A DNA stretch of 63,840 bases, the filler included, from an uncultured Methanosarcinales archaeon (GTDB lineage Archaea; Nanobdellota; Nanobdellia; Woesearchaeales; CAYSVS01): the NCBI GenBank assembly GCA_964434475.1. It is 8 parts of 8 records of this genome, joined end to end, with 100 filler letters (N's around TTAATTAATTAA, not from the genome) between each part and the next. Parts side by side here need not be neighbours in the genome. Positions count along the whole stretch, not along the records: positions 43,141 to 51,081 come from CAYSVS010000058.1; positions 51,182 to 59,056 come from CAYSVS010000059.1; positions 59,157 to 63,840 come from CAYSVS010000078.1; 5 more parts are not named here. One strand, 5' to 3'. Each line of letters starts with the position of its first letter. Position 1 is the stretch's first letter. This document shows, piece by piece, positions 50,847-61,187 of the stretch. Under the pieces are notes generated by a model. The model searched no databases. It saw only the letters and a program-made list of their open reading frames with translations, and was not told the origin of the DNA. Position numbers and translations under genes: made by a program.

Positions 50847-51252
50847 AATTGCTAACAAAAGAAAAGGCGTTTCTTTATGCATAGGAAACAACATACAAAA
50901 GTATCACATAGAGTTTGATGATAAAGATGCAACTTTTAAGATATATCTTCCCAGAAGATTAAATAAAAGACACATAAAAACAATAGTTTCGCAAGGAAAT
51001 AAAGAGAGAGAAATTCTACATAATAATTACTGGAGTTGTGCAGATTTTTCTAAAAACCGAAAAAATTAGGTAGTTGAACACNNNNNNNNNNNNNNNNNNN
51101 NNNNNNNNNNNNNNNNNNNNNNNNNTTAATTAATTAANNNNNNNNNNNNNNNNNNNNNNNNNNNNNNNNNNNNNNNNNNNNATTTATAAACCAACTTGAT
51201 CAAATAAATTTTGCAGAATTATCGAATTTCACAATAGCCTAATTTATATATC

Positions 51253-51916
<664 letters not shown>

Positions 51917-52087
51917 ATTATAAGATAAATTCAGATATTATTTAAAACTTTCTTATTTTGTCTCCTTATAGTGGTGAAAATAGAAAGATTTATATATTTC
52001 TTTTGATTATATTTATAAAAACCTATATATTTTTATATGAAACCTTTATTTGGTTTCCATATCAAAGAAAAATAAGGGGGATTTTTT

Positions 52088-53917
52088 ATGGAAGAAGAAA
52101 AAGAAAGACATGATGTTCCTGAAGAAGTTAAAGAAGATTCAAAAGAAAATAAAATAGAAGAAAATAAAGACGAAAATATGTCTAACGAAGAAAAAGTAGA
52201 AAAACCTGAACAGAAAGAACATAAAGAGGAAAAGGTAAAAGAAGCTGAAGAAAAGTTTCAAGAACCTAAGGCTGGAAATGTTGAAAAGGATAATGAAGAA
52301 AAAAAAGATACAGTAAAAGGGTCAAAGCCAATAAAAAGTAAAACAAACTGGAAAAAGATTGGCATCTATGCTGGTATAATAATTGCGATAATACTTTTAT
52401 TCTATACATACAGATCATTCACATCACCTACTGGTAATGTTATAGGCGTTGATGAAAAAGTCAAGGTTGACTTTTATGTAATGTCGCAATGTCCTTATGG
52501 ATTACAAGTTGAAGATGCAGTAGCTCCTGTTTTGGCTAAGATGGGTGATAGCATAGATTTCAACCTTAATTTTATAGCAAATGAGCAAGGCGACACATTT
52601 AGAAGCTTGCATGGAGAACCAGAATGGAAAGGAAACATAGTGCAGCTTTGCGCAGCAAAATACGATCCAGACAAATATATGGACATGGTTGTTTGTATGA
52701 ACAAAAATGTAGGTGCTATTCCTGGTAATTGGGAAGAGTGTGCATCTGAAAATAGTCTAGATGTATCAAGTATCAAATCATGTTATGAAGGAGAAGAAGG
52801 CAAGGAATTGCTTAGGGAAAACATCAAGCTTGCACAAGAAGTTGGAGCAACAGGATCGCCTACTATCTATGTAAATGATCAAAAATATCAGGGCGGAAGA
52901 ACAGAGAATGACTTTATGAGATCTTTCTGCAATTTTTTTGAAACTGCAAGACCTGAAACATGTTCTGAGATTCCTGAACCTGTAAAAGTAAATCTCGTAG
53001 TGCTTAATGATGAAAGGTGCGCAGAGTGTGATGTTTCAAGATTGGTTGTACAGCTAAAATCAATATTTCCTGGTTTAGATGTAGAATACGTAGATTATAT
53101 GGATGAAGAAGGTAAGCAGTTGTTCCAGGATACTCAAGTAAATCTTCTACCTGCTATATTATTTGATGAAACAGTAGAAGAAGGAGAAGGCTATACAAAT
53201 GTCCAGAATTATCTTGTAGAAACAGGAGATTACAAAAGTCTAAAGATCGGTGCTCAGTTTGATCCTACTAAGGAAATATGCGATAATGGTATAGATGATA
53301 CAGGCAATGGATTGATAGATTGTGCAGATCCTCAATGTGAAGGAGATTTTGGATGCAGGAAAGAAATAAAAGAACATCTTCAGGTATTCATAATGAGCGA
53401 TTGCCCTTACGGAATAAAAGCTATAGAGGCTCTTAAGCCTGTTGTTGATAACTTCGGCGATGATATCAATTATGAAGTGCATTACATTGCAAACGAGGAT
53501 GGAGACGGTTTTAGAAGCTTGCACGGTCAATATGAAGTTGATGAGAATATAGTTCAATTGTGTGTAAACAAATATAGTGATGAAGAATATATGGATTATA
53601 TGTACTGCAGAGCAACAAAAGGTGTGAAAGGTAAGGACTGGAAAACATGTGCTGAAGAAACAAACGTAGATGTAGAAAAGGTAGAGGAGTGTTTTAATGG
53701 AGATGAAGGCAAGGAATTGTTAAGAGAAGATATAAAGATTGCTCAATCTCTAGGAATCGGAGCTTCACCAACTTGGCTTGCTAACAACAAGTATAAGTTT
53801 TCAGGAATAGACAGTGAAACAGTAAAGACAAACTATTGCAAGCATAATCAAGAATTAGCAGGATGTGTAAACACACTAAGTTCAGATACTGGCGGAGTAG
53901 CTGAAGGAAGCTGTTGA
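52088..53917 (+). CDS. Membrane-anchored protein with two GILT/DsbA-like thioredoxin-fold domains
   Basis: MSQCPYG and MSDCPYG, SLHG..E, GSPT/ASPT cis-Pro loops; acidic N-terminus, then TM. Confidence 0.85.
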   Translation: MEEEKERHDVPEEVKEDSKENKIEENKDENMSNEEKVEKPEQKEHKEEKVKEAEEKFQEPKAGNVEKDNEEKKDTVKGSKPIKSKTNWKKIGIYAGIIIAIILLFYTYRSFTSPTGNVIGVDEKVKVDFYVMSQCPYGLQVEDAVAPVLAKMGDSIDFNLNFIANEQGDTFRSLHGEPEWKGNIVQLCAAKYDPDKYMDMVVCMNKNVGAIPGNWEECASENSLDVSSIKSCYEGEEGKELLRENIKLAQEVGATGSPTIYVNDQKYQGGRTENDFMRSFCNFFETARPETCSEIPEPVKVNLVVLNDERCAECDVSRLVVQLKSIFPGLDVEYVDYMDEEGKQLFQDTQVNLLPAILFDETVEEGEGYTNVQNYLVETGDYKSLKIGAQFDPTKEICDNGIDDTGNGLIDCADPQCEGDFGCRKEIKEHLQVFIMSDCPYGIKAIEALKPVVDNFGDDINYEVHYIANEDGDGFRSLHGQYEVDENIVQLCVNKYSDEEYMDYMYCRATKGVKGKDWKTCAEETNVDVEKVEECFNGDEGKELLREDIKIAQSLGIGASPTWLANNKYKFSGIDSETVKTNYCKHNQELAGCVNTLSSDTGGVAEGSC

Positions 53918-53974
53918 TTTTTTATTTTTTTTATTTTAGATTAATTTTATAAATTTATAACATTTTACAACAAT

Positions 53975-54604
53975 ATGGATGATGTAAAAGTAGATAAAAG
54001 TCATTTGTATTTTTTGATTATTGATTCTTATATTACTTTTGTTCCTCTAAAACAATTTATACCTGAAGGCTCAGAAATACCTCTTGTTGATGTTATTCAA
54101 CATATACGGAAAAACTGCTTTAATTTAGAGGAAATCAAGTTTGGAGATAATATGTATGTATCTAGGGCTGAGCCAATGTCCCTTGCACAGTTTAGAGAAG
54201 TTTATGATAGGGCAAAATTTTCTCATGAAAATAGATCAGAAGATGATATGAGATATTTGTTTTATGAATACTTGCAAGAGCATAAATTGCTGCTTGATAC
54301 TTATCTAAGCGTAATAGACGAATTTGATGAAACTAAAGTTGTTAATGTCTGTGAACATGGAATAAAAAAATATGCTAATGTTCATCTGATGTGTAAAACA
54401 GACAAAAAATATTCTATTGAAAATAATTTATCTTTTCCAGTACCTTCAAAAAAAGGAGATTTTGATCTTAAGTTATATAAAGCATTTGGAGATACTTTAA
54501 CATTTGTTGCAAATAATTCTCATGAACTTTGCCTGGTTGAAAGATTAAATGAAGAATTCTTAAATATGAGTGTACCTCTTGTACTTCATTATAAGTCAAA
54601 ATGA
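53975..54604 (+). CDS. Hypothetical protein
   Basis: 209-aa ORF overlapping the rlmH start. Confidence 0.7.
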   Translation: MDDVKVDKSHLYFLIIDSYITFVPLKQFIPEGSEIPLVDVIQHIRKNCFNLEEIKFGDNMYVSRAEPMSLAQFREVYDRAKFSHENRSEDDMRYLFYEYLQEHKLLLDTYLSVIDEFDETKVVNVCEHGIKKYANVHLMCKTDKKYSIENNLSFPVPSKKGDFDLKLYKAFGDTLTFVANNSHELCLVERLNEEFLNMSVPLVLHYKSK

Positions 54605-55062
54605 TAAAGATTATAGCTCTTGGCAAGATAAAAGAAAAAGAGACAGCTGTCCTTATTCAAGATTATATCAAGAGGATAATGTGCTTCTGCAGGATTAAAG
54701 TAATAGAATTAAAGGACGAGAAGATAAGAGGCACCAATATAAACAAGATAAAGGATCTAGAAGCAGAAAAGATACTTGACAAACTTAGCAGTCTTGATTA
54801 TATTATAGTATGCGATGAGCAAGGTAAGAGCTTATCCTCTATCGGATTTTCAGACCTTATCAAGAACAAGCTCATCGAGAATAAGAATATTGTCTTTGTG
54901 ATAGGAGGAGCATTAGGTTTGTCTGATAGGATATTGAAACGCGCTAACCTTAGGATGAGCTTTTCTTCGATGACCTTTCCTCACAGATTGTTCAGGTTGA
55001 TTCTTGTAGAGCAGATATATCGGGCATTTTCTATAATCAACAATAAAGATTATCACAAGTAG
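54601..55062 (+). CDS. rlmH: 23S rRNA pseudouridine-1915 N3-methyltransferase (SPOUT)
   Basis: FVIGGALG, SFSSMTFPHRLFRLILVEQIYRAFSI...YHK. Confidence 0.93.
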   Translation: MIKIIALGKIKEKETAVLIQDYIKRIMCFCRIKVIELKDEKIRGTNINKIKDLEAEKILDKLSSLDYIIVCDEQGKSLSSIGFSDLIKNKLIENKNIVFVIGGALGLSDRILKRANLRMSFSSMTFPHRLFRLILVEQIYRAFSIINNKDYHK

Positions 55063-55436
55063 GAAAAACTTTCATAATGTGTTTTGATTCTTGTATGATA
55101 TGAAACTGGATTTTTCACATCTGTTGATTGTATTGTTATTTATTTTAGTCTTACTTTTTATTCTCTCCTTTATCGTTACCAAAAAAAAAGAAATAATATC
55201 TTTGGTTATATTGCTCTTAATTTTCTTAAAGAATACAGGGAATTGAATATAATAACTCCTGGATATGGTGTTTATGGTTCAGGATTAATGTTTATACTTG
55301 ACATAAGGCTTGAAAATAACTCAGAAAATCTTTCTCATGACCCTGTTTTGACAGGATGTATAAGGAATATTTTGTATGTAAAAGATTGTTTTAAGTGTGG
55401 TTTGTTATTTGTATTATGTTTTTTATAACTTTTAAG

Positions 55437-55940
55437 TTAACCTAGGATCTTCTTTATCATAACTTCCTGTATGTCAGGATAAGGCATGTTTAATAGCCTA
55501 ATGTTCTTGTGTCCTATTAATTTTTCTATATCAACATCATGCTGCATCTTAATATCAGGAAATTCCTTGCATATCTTAGGCATCTTTTCATATATAAGGC
55601 ATCCTTTTTCCTTGTCCCAAAACGGACAAACATCTGCGTCTATAAAATAATCTATAATATATACCTTGTCTTTGTCAGCATCATAGAATACTTTTTTTGG
55701 CAGTATCTTGATATCTATGTCTTGTTTTTTAGCTTCTTTCTCTAGCCTTTCTTTTTCTTCCTTGGTTATTGTTATTGTATATTTTGAAAAAGGATATAGA
55801 TAGATTATGCCTGTTTTTAGATAGATCTTCCCTTTTATTCTTAAATCCTCTTCTTTGTTTAGAAATTCTTCCTCGCGAAAATGACAGCATCCCCCGCATC
55901 TGACACAGTTTGGCTTTTTATTGCATTTGAATCTTGTCAT
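55437..55940 (-). CDS. YkgJ/FliB-family CxxCxxCC Fe-S/Zn cluster protein
   Basis: CVRCGGCC...CPFWD...CLIYE..PKICKEFP. Confidence 0.85.
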   Translation of the reverse strand: MTRFKCNKKPNCVRCGGCCHFREEEFLNKEEDLRIKGKIYLKTGIIYLYPFSKYTITITKEEKERLEKEAKKQDIDIKILPKKVFYDADKDKVYIIDYFIDADVCPFWDKEKGCLIYEKMPKICKEFPDIKMQHDVDIEKLIGHKNIRLLNMPYPDIQEVMIKKILG

Positions 55941-55997
55941 TTTTCAAGATAGTCTTATTGTGATTATAAATGTAACTGTTTCAATTTCTGCTTGAAA

Positions 55998-57251
55998 TCA
56001 GATAAACCTTAATTCTTGATTGATGCAATGTGTAAAAATTCTTGTTCTTAGCAGATCCAAAGAATCCTGATTGTCTGTTGATGATATGAATGAGCTGTTA
56101 TTTGTAATAGGCAAAAATTCCGTCCTATCCTTGAAATCTGTATTACTCAGCAAAGCAAGTTGATGAGCAAGGATAAATTTCTGTTTTATGCAGTTGTTCG
56201 CTACAAATCTCACCGAATTAAGAAATTTAAAGAAATTATCTCCTAATAATCCGAAGATAAGATCAAACTTGTACTTTATCTTTGATTGGTTTAACAACCC
56301 TATATTTTTCTTTATCTTATCTAAGTCTATTTCTCTTTTGCAAAGTTTATTAACTTCTTTGTCAGTGGATTGCAGTCCTATTTCTGCACTTATCTCTCCG
56401 CAATCTTCTAATGCTTTTATTTGGGCTGCATTCAAGAGCATAGGATTAAGCTCGACAACTATCTTAGCATTATTTTTATTGTGCTTTTTAATAATGCTGC
56501 ATATTTCGATCATCCTTTTTTCGTCATAGTTGAAATTAGCATCCAGTATTGTAAAAACTTTAGGGTCATACTCTTGAAAAACGGTTTTTATCACTTCTTT
56601 AATATATTCAAGAGAAAATTGTTCATATCTTATCTTTGCATAGTTGCAATAGCTACAGTTGAACACACAACCTCTTGCTGTCTCTATCTGCACAATCTTC
56701 AGGTTAGTATTAAATACTTTTTCAACGAATGGATTAGGCAGTTCATCCAGCTTAATATCCTGCTGAGCTAATCCTGTTGTATTGCCTCTATAAGTTATGT
56801 TTTTGATACTTGCCAACTCTTCGGTATTTATCTCTTCTAATCTATTGTTGTGCTTATCCAAAATCTTAACAATATCCAAAAATGCTTTTTCTCCATGTCC
56901 ATGTATAAGAAAATCCTTATGTTTTGTTTTAGGATGTATTTCAGGTCCTCCCATTATTTGAGTTATGCAAGGATTTTTTTGCTTAATCATATCTGATAAT
57001 TGTTCTATAAAATCAATGTTCCACATATAGCATGAGAAACCTACAACATCTGGCTTAACACTATCTACTATCGCCATTGTTTTGGTTATGAGATTAAAAT
57101 TGCTTGTTTTTGTTTTATGTATATCAAAATAGAAAGACTCAATCTTTATGTCGTGTTTAGTTGTATGTTTATCTGCATAAGCCTTGATATATCCTAATGC
57201 TAAAGGTGCAACATCCTTGCTGATCTTAAAATCTAAAAGTAAAATGTTCAT
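55998..57251 (-). CDS. Cobalamin-binding radical SAM protein
   Basis: PLALGYIKAY, DVVGFSCYMWN, GGPE, ETARGCVFNCSYC, EIGLQS. Confidence 0.9.
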   Translation of the reverse strand: MNILLLDFKISKDVAPLALGYIKAYADKHTTKHDIKIESFYFDIHKTKTSNFNLITKTMAIVDSVKPDVVGFSCYMWNIDFIEQLSDMIKQKNPCITQIMGGPEIHPKTKHKDFLIHGHGEKAFLDIVKILDKHNNRLEEINTEELASIKNITYRGNTTGLAQQDIKLDELPNPFVEKVFNTNLKIVQIETARGCVFNCSYCNYAKIRYEQFSLEYIKEVIKTVFQEYDPKVFTILDANFNYDEKRMIEICSIIKKHNKNNAKIVVELNPMLLNAAQIKALEDCGEISAEIGLQSTDKEVNKLCKREIDLDKIKKNIGLLNQSKIKYKFDLIFGLLGDNFFKFLNSVRFVANNCIKQKFILAHQLALLSNTDFKDRTEFLPITNNSSFISSTDNQDSLDLLRTRIFTHCINQELRFI

Positions 57252-57885
57252 TTTTATTTCCCATAAATCCTATAATGTCTTTGATGTATCTATTGTCTAT
57301 CTTTTTTGGATTTTTTGTGTTTTTTCTGCAGTATTTTTTTAGACTGCATCCTTTACATATATCCTTTTTAGCATTAACATTTACACCATAGCCTTTATTC
57401 TTTGACTCAAAAAGTTCATTGCAATGCTTTATGTCAGCCTCACAGAAAGCCATATTTTCTGTTACTGCATATATCCTGTTCATAAGGCACAGGACCAATA
57501 TATTATCTATGTTTTTTTTATATTTGTCTATTACAAAAACAATCTTGTTTGCTTTCAATATATTTATGTTCTTTTCAATAAACTCTTTTGTATTCTCATT
57601 ATATTTTAATTTGAGCTCAATAAAATGGTTGTCAAAATTTCTCTTTATTTTAGATATAATTTCTATTATTTTTTCATCATTATCAATCACCAAAGAAAAA
57701 TACTTTATCTTTGTTTTCAATGAATATAGATCAGAGTCAAAGAAATGCATATTTTTGGTTTGTATCCCAAGGAACTTATTGTTATTTAGAATGTCTATGT
57801 GTTTACTAAAATCATCACTTACCAAAATGCTGTTTTTAGTTATCTTTTCTATTTCATCAGGATCCACATACTCTTTGTATATCAT
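57226..57885 (-). CDS. Hypothetical protein resembling a radical SAM C-terminal part (C-terminal CxxCx5C, no CxxxCxxC)
   Basis: ENMAFC...KKDICKGCSLKKYC; overlaps the downstream radical SAM gene. Confidence 0.65.
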   Translation of the reverse strand: MIYKEYVDPDEIEKITKNSILVSDDFSKHIDILNNNKFLGIQTKNMHFFDSDLYSLKTKIKYFSLVIDNDEKIIEIISKIKRNFDNHFIELKLKYNENTKEFIEKNINILKANKIVFVIDKYKKNIDNILVLCLMNRIYAVTENMAFCEADIKHCNELFESKNKGYGVNVNAKKDICKGCSLKKYCRKNTKNPKKIDNRYIKDIIGFMGNKNEHFTFRF

Positions 57886-57946
57886 GATGTAGCTATTTCT
57901 GTGTTAGTTTTTAAATATTTGGTAAAGATTTTTATTTATCGGTTGA

Positions 57947-58330
57947 ATGTCATACCTGATGAACAGAAAAAAACTTATGGAAAACATAGGAAAACTGGAA
58001 AGATTGATTGAAGATATGGGTCATAACGGAAGCTTGAAAAGATTTAGGTCAAAAGAAGATATCATATCTTTATCTTCATATACAAGAAAGAAAAAATTTC
58101 TTTGTTTTTATCTTGAGGATCTAAGCTTTGGAGATTTTACAGATCTAAGACATTTTATATATTTTGGAAGGGAACTTTATACTAGCACAACTTCAGAATC
58201 CACTGCGTTTAGTGACTATGCAGCCGAAAGTATGCCTATACGCGATAGAGAAGAATCAACAATGCGGATAATCGAGATGTATCCTATGCTTTCAGAATAT
58301 ATAGAAAAAGCAAAAGAAAAAATAAATTAA
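57947..58330 (+). CDS. Hypothetical protein
   Basis: 127-aa ORF. Confidence 0.6.
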   Translation: MSYLMNRKKLMENIGKLERLIEDMGHNGSLKRFRSKEDIISLSSYTRKKKFLCFYLEDLSFGDFTDLRHFIYFGRELYTSTTSESTAFSDYAAESMPIRDREESTMRIIEMYPMLSEYIEKAKEKIN

Positions 58331-58331
58331 A

Positions 58332-58625
58332 TTATTTTTTGTGTTTTCTCATAACTGCTCCGATTGCAGCTCCTACTGCAGCAGCGATAAGCACTGCTTT
58401 TTCTGGATTCTTTTTTATTGTATTCCTTGCTTTTTTCTCAGCAGCCATGAATTTCTTTTTAGCAGACTTTAGCTCGCTTGTAGCTTTTTTCTTTGCAGCA
58501 GCAGCCTTCTTTTTAGCCATAGCTTGTGCTTTTTTTACCTTGCTCTTTACTTTTTTTGTAGTTTTTTTTACAGTTCCCTTTTTTGTTGTTCTTTTCTTAG
58601 CAACTTTTCTTTTTTTTGCAGCCAT
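58332..58625 (-). CDS. Lys/Ala-rich protein with ElaB/YqjD (DUF883)-like tail anchor
   Basis: Histone-H1-like N-terminus; IKKNPEKAVLIAAAVGAAIGAVMRK; GAGGTGA RBS. Confidence 0.8.
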   Translation of the reverse strand: MAAKKRKVAKKRTTKKGTVKKTTKKVKSKVKKAQAMAKKKAAAAKKKATSELKSAKKKFMAAEKKARNTIKKNPEKAVLIAAAVGAAIGAVMRKHKK

Positions 58626-58631
58626 TATAAT

Positions 58632-58952
58632 TCACCTCATTAAAAGTTTAAACAATTGCGACAATATTATTATCGCCATACCTATTATCAGAAATGTCCA
58701 CCCATAGCTTAATTGTGTATATTCCTGAAGCAGGAATGTTACTGATAATAGTATGAATATGATGCCTGTCATCAGGCTTATACTGGTCAAAATATTCTTT
58801 ATAGCTTTTCTTTCTATTTCATATATTCTCATTCTTGCATTTTCTATTCCCTGTGACGTGAATTTTCCTATCTGTTTCAATAAAGTTGATTTAAAAATCT
58901 CTTTAATCGTTTCAGCAAAGTTATTTTCCTCTTTTTTTGTTTTTTTTGCCAT
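58632..58952 (-). CDS. Two-TM YqjE/phage-holin-family-like membrane protein
   Basis: Amphipathic N-terminus plus two TMs; paired with the DUF883-like gene. Confidence 0.65.
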   Translation of the reverse strand: MAKKTKKEENNFAETIKEIFKSTLLKQIGKFTSQGIENARMRIYEIERKAIKNILTSISLMTGIIFILLSVTFLLQEYTQLSYGWTFLIIGMAIIILSQLFKLLMR

Positions 58953-59005
58953 TTTATACTTTTTTATTTTGTCTATATTTAAACTTTTTTATTTAATCTC
59001 TTTAT

Positions 59006-59056
59006 TGTACGATTTGAAAATTCTTGCAATTTCTATATTTATTAATTTTGCAATAT
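59006..59056 (+). mobile_element. Terminus of IS-like element C, second copy
   Basis: Identical to 17773-17822. Confidence 0.6.
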
Positions 59057-59156
59057 NNNNNNNNNNNNNNNNNNNNNNNNNNNNNNNNNNNNNNNNNNNN
59101 TTAATTAATTAANNNNNNNNNNNNNNNNNNNNNNNNNNNNNNNNNNNNNNNNNNNN

Positions 59157-59208
59157 GGACAAAACCCATTTTATTCTTTAAAAGCTCTAATCTAAGCTAT
59201 GCACATAC
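59157..59208 (+). mobile_element. Right end of IS-like element B, followed by target duplication GTTGTAGT (59209-59216)
   Basis: TIR AGCTATGCACATAC; flank equals 34825-34832. Confidence 0.8.
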
Positions 59209-59230
59209 GTTGTAGTTTTTCAGTTATTTA

Positions 59231-60625
59231 CTAATTATCTGTCCATTGTTCTTCACAGTTTACCTTATCATTCTTTCTTCTGAATATAGGTTTTCCTGGT
59301 TCAGAACTTATGTTCCATCTTCCTTCCCATGCTGCATAATCCACTTGCTTGTTGCCCAAATTCATAAGTATTAGCAGTCCATCCTTGTTCTTGAGGCTGA
59401 AACTTGGCAGGATTTTTTTATAACCTTTCGCTTTTATCTTTCCTTTCAGCACTTGTGTTGATCTGTTGTTTGATAGTTTCCAATAATCTATATCTATCTC
59501 TTTTTCTGCTGTATTATGAAGGTAAATATATTCTTTATCTGTATCTTTACCTTCTGGATCATACATTATTTCGTCTATCACTATATTTTCTGCTTCTTTT
59601 ATCTTATCTTCAAATATTACGTAATTCCATATGCTTTCAAATTCCTCTAGATATCTTTCTGCTAATTTTTCATCTTCTATTATGATTATATTTTCATCAT
59701 TATTCTTATCCGCATTATTACTTGGGTTAAAGCTTCCTGTGATTACTATTTTTTTGTCTATGATTATGGTCTTATGATGCATATTATATTTGTTTCTGTC
59801 CCATTTCACAGATATGTTTTGGTATTCAAGTAAGGGCTTTTTATTGTATCTGCTGTTCTGGCTTTTTTCAAGTACTCCTTTAATATCTAATCCTTCTTTT
59901 TTTTTCATTACCAATGCATTGGCAATCTTGCCGTGCGTAAAACTGAAAATCATGAAATATATCTCATTTTTAGCTTTCATAAGCTCAGCATATATCCTGT
60001 CTCCGCACCTATCTTCTGGACAGAAATAGTTATTTATTCTTTTTTTATTCCATTTTATCTCTGGGTTTTTTACTTTGCTGCCCTCTCCGAACATGTTCTG
60101 CCATAGTTCTTTAAATTCCTGTTCGTAATTTTCTGCAAGAAGCTTTGACTCTATTATGATAAGATTGTTGTTATTGAAAAAAGCCCCTTTGTCAGTAGGA
60201 TTGAAGCTTCCTGTTGTTATTATATTATTATCTATTATACAAAATTTATTATGGCTGTATTGGCTGCTTGTGTCGAATTTTATGAAAGAATAGTTTTCAA
60301 GATCTTCTTTATTGTAATCATCAACAACAACTTTTATATCAAATCCATATTTATGCTTTAATTCCAATAATTGTATTATCTTTTTAAGATCAAGATCAAA
60401 GAATGCGCAGTGTACACTTTGTTTTGATTCATATATTCTATCGAATAGTTTTTTGTCGCATCTATCTTCTGGACAGAAATATGCTTCAATATTTTTATCA
60501 TTGTTTTCAGATAATATTTTTATTTGGTTATGGTTTTCCTTTTCAAACACAGTATTTCCTGTTATGCCGCATCCTGAAATCAAAACAACGCAAGAAAATA
60601 TTATTACAAAAGGACATTTATTCAT
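59231..60625 (-). CDS. Exported phospholipase D-superfamily protein (two HKD motifs) with lamin-tail domain
   Basis: HNKFCIID...TGSFN and HHKTIIID...TGSFN; IDEIMYDPEG.D...EYI; lipobox-like ISGC. Confidence 0.9.
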   Translation of the reverse strand: MNKCPFVIIFSCVVLISGCGITGNTVFEKENHNQIKILSENNDKNIEAYFCPEDRCDKKLFDRIYESKQSVHCAFFDLDLKKIIQLLELKHKYGFDIKVVVDDYNKEDLENYSFIKFDTSSQYSHNKFCIIDNNIITTGSFNPTDKGAFFNNNNLIIIESKLLAENYEQEFKELWQNMFGEGSKVKNPEIKWNKKRINNYFCPEDRCGDRIYAELMKAKNEIYFMIFSFTHGKIANALVMKKKEGLDIKGVLEKSQNSRYNKKPLLEYQNISVKWDRNKYNMHHKTIIIDKKIVITGSFNPSNNADKNNDENIIIIEDEKLAERYLEEFESIWNYVIFEDKIKEAENIVIDEIMYDPEGKDTDKEYIYLHNTAEKEIDIDYWKLSNNRSTQVLKGKIKAKGYKKILPSFSLKNKDGLLILMNLGNKQVDYAAWEGRWNISSEPGKPIFRRKNDKVNCEEQWTDN

Positions 60626-61187
60626 TTTTTTTGTCTTTTTGCGTAAGATCTATGTATCCTTTTGCTCCTTCGTGATTGTTGAATATCTCTTTCAGATTTT
60701 TCCAGAACCTTTTTCCCCAAATTTTTGGAAAAAAAGTACTTACTAATTTTATGTATGTCTCATATTCGTTCCTGAAAACATATATCATATACTGCTCTTC
60801 GTGCTTAATCAGTATGTGAAATATCCATATCACAAAAATGGTTGAAATAAGTATCGGCTTTGATTTCATCAATAATCCTGCTGCAGGATAGAAACAGAAC
60901 ATTACTGCCGAATAAGTAGGATGTCTGACAAATTTATATGCTCCTTTTCTTTTCAATATTCTTGATCTTTCTGATAACGGTAGAATTTTTAATGCATTAT
61001 AAGTTATAGCTGCTCCTATCAATATAAGTATAGCAGCGATAATACTTGCATTGAAATCAGAAATATTTAGTTTTGCTATGTTTTGTGTTTTTTCTATATA
61101 ATATGCGAAAATAAAGAAAAATATTAGAAATATCATCGCTATGTGGCCTATGCCCATCATATCCTTGAATCTTGATTGTTTCACCAT
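60618..61187 (-). CDS. Isoprenylcysteine carboxyl methyltransferase/PEMT-family membrane methyltransferase
   Basis: GAYKFVRHPTYS, HEEQYM..F..EY..Y...FFP. Confidence 0.85.
   Translation of the reverse strand: MVKQSRFKDMMGIGHIAMIFLIFFFIFAYYIEKTQNIAKLNISDFNASIIAAILILIGAAITYNALKILPLSERSRILKRKGAYKFVRHPTYSAVMFCFYPAAGLLMKSKPILISTIFVIWIFHILIKHEEQYMIYVFRNEYETYIKLVSTFFPKIWGKRFWKNLKEIFNNHEGAKGYIDLTQKDKKNE

Noticed and set aside
55077..55428. Short ORFs after rlmH
   Set aside because: Competing frames with no convincing start or motif
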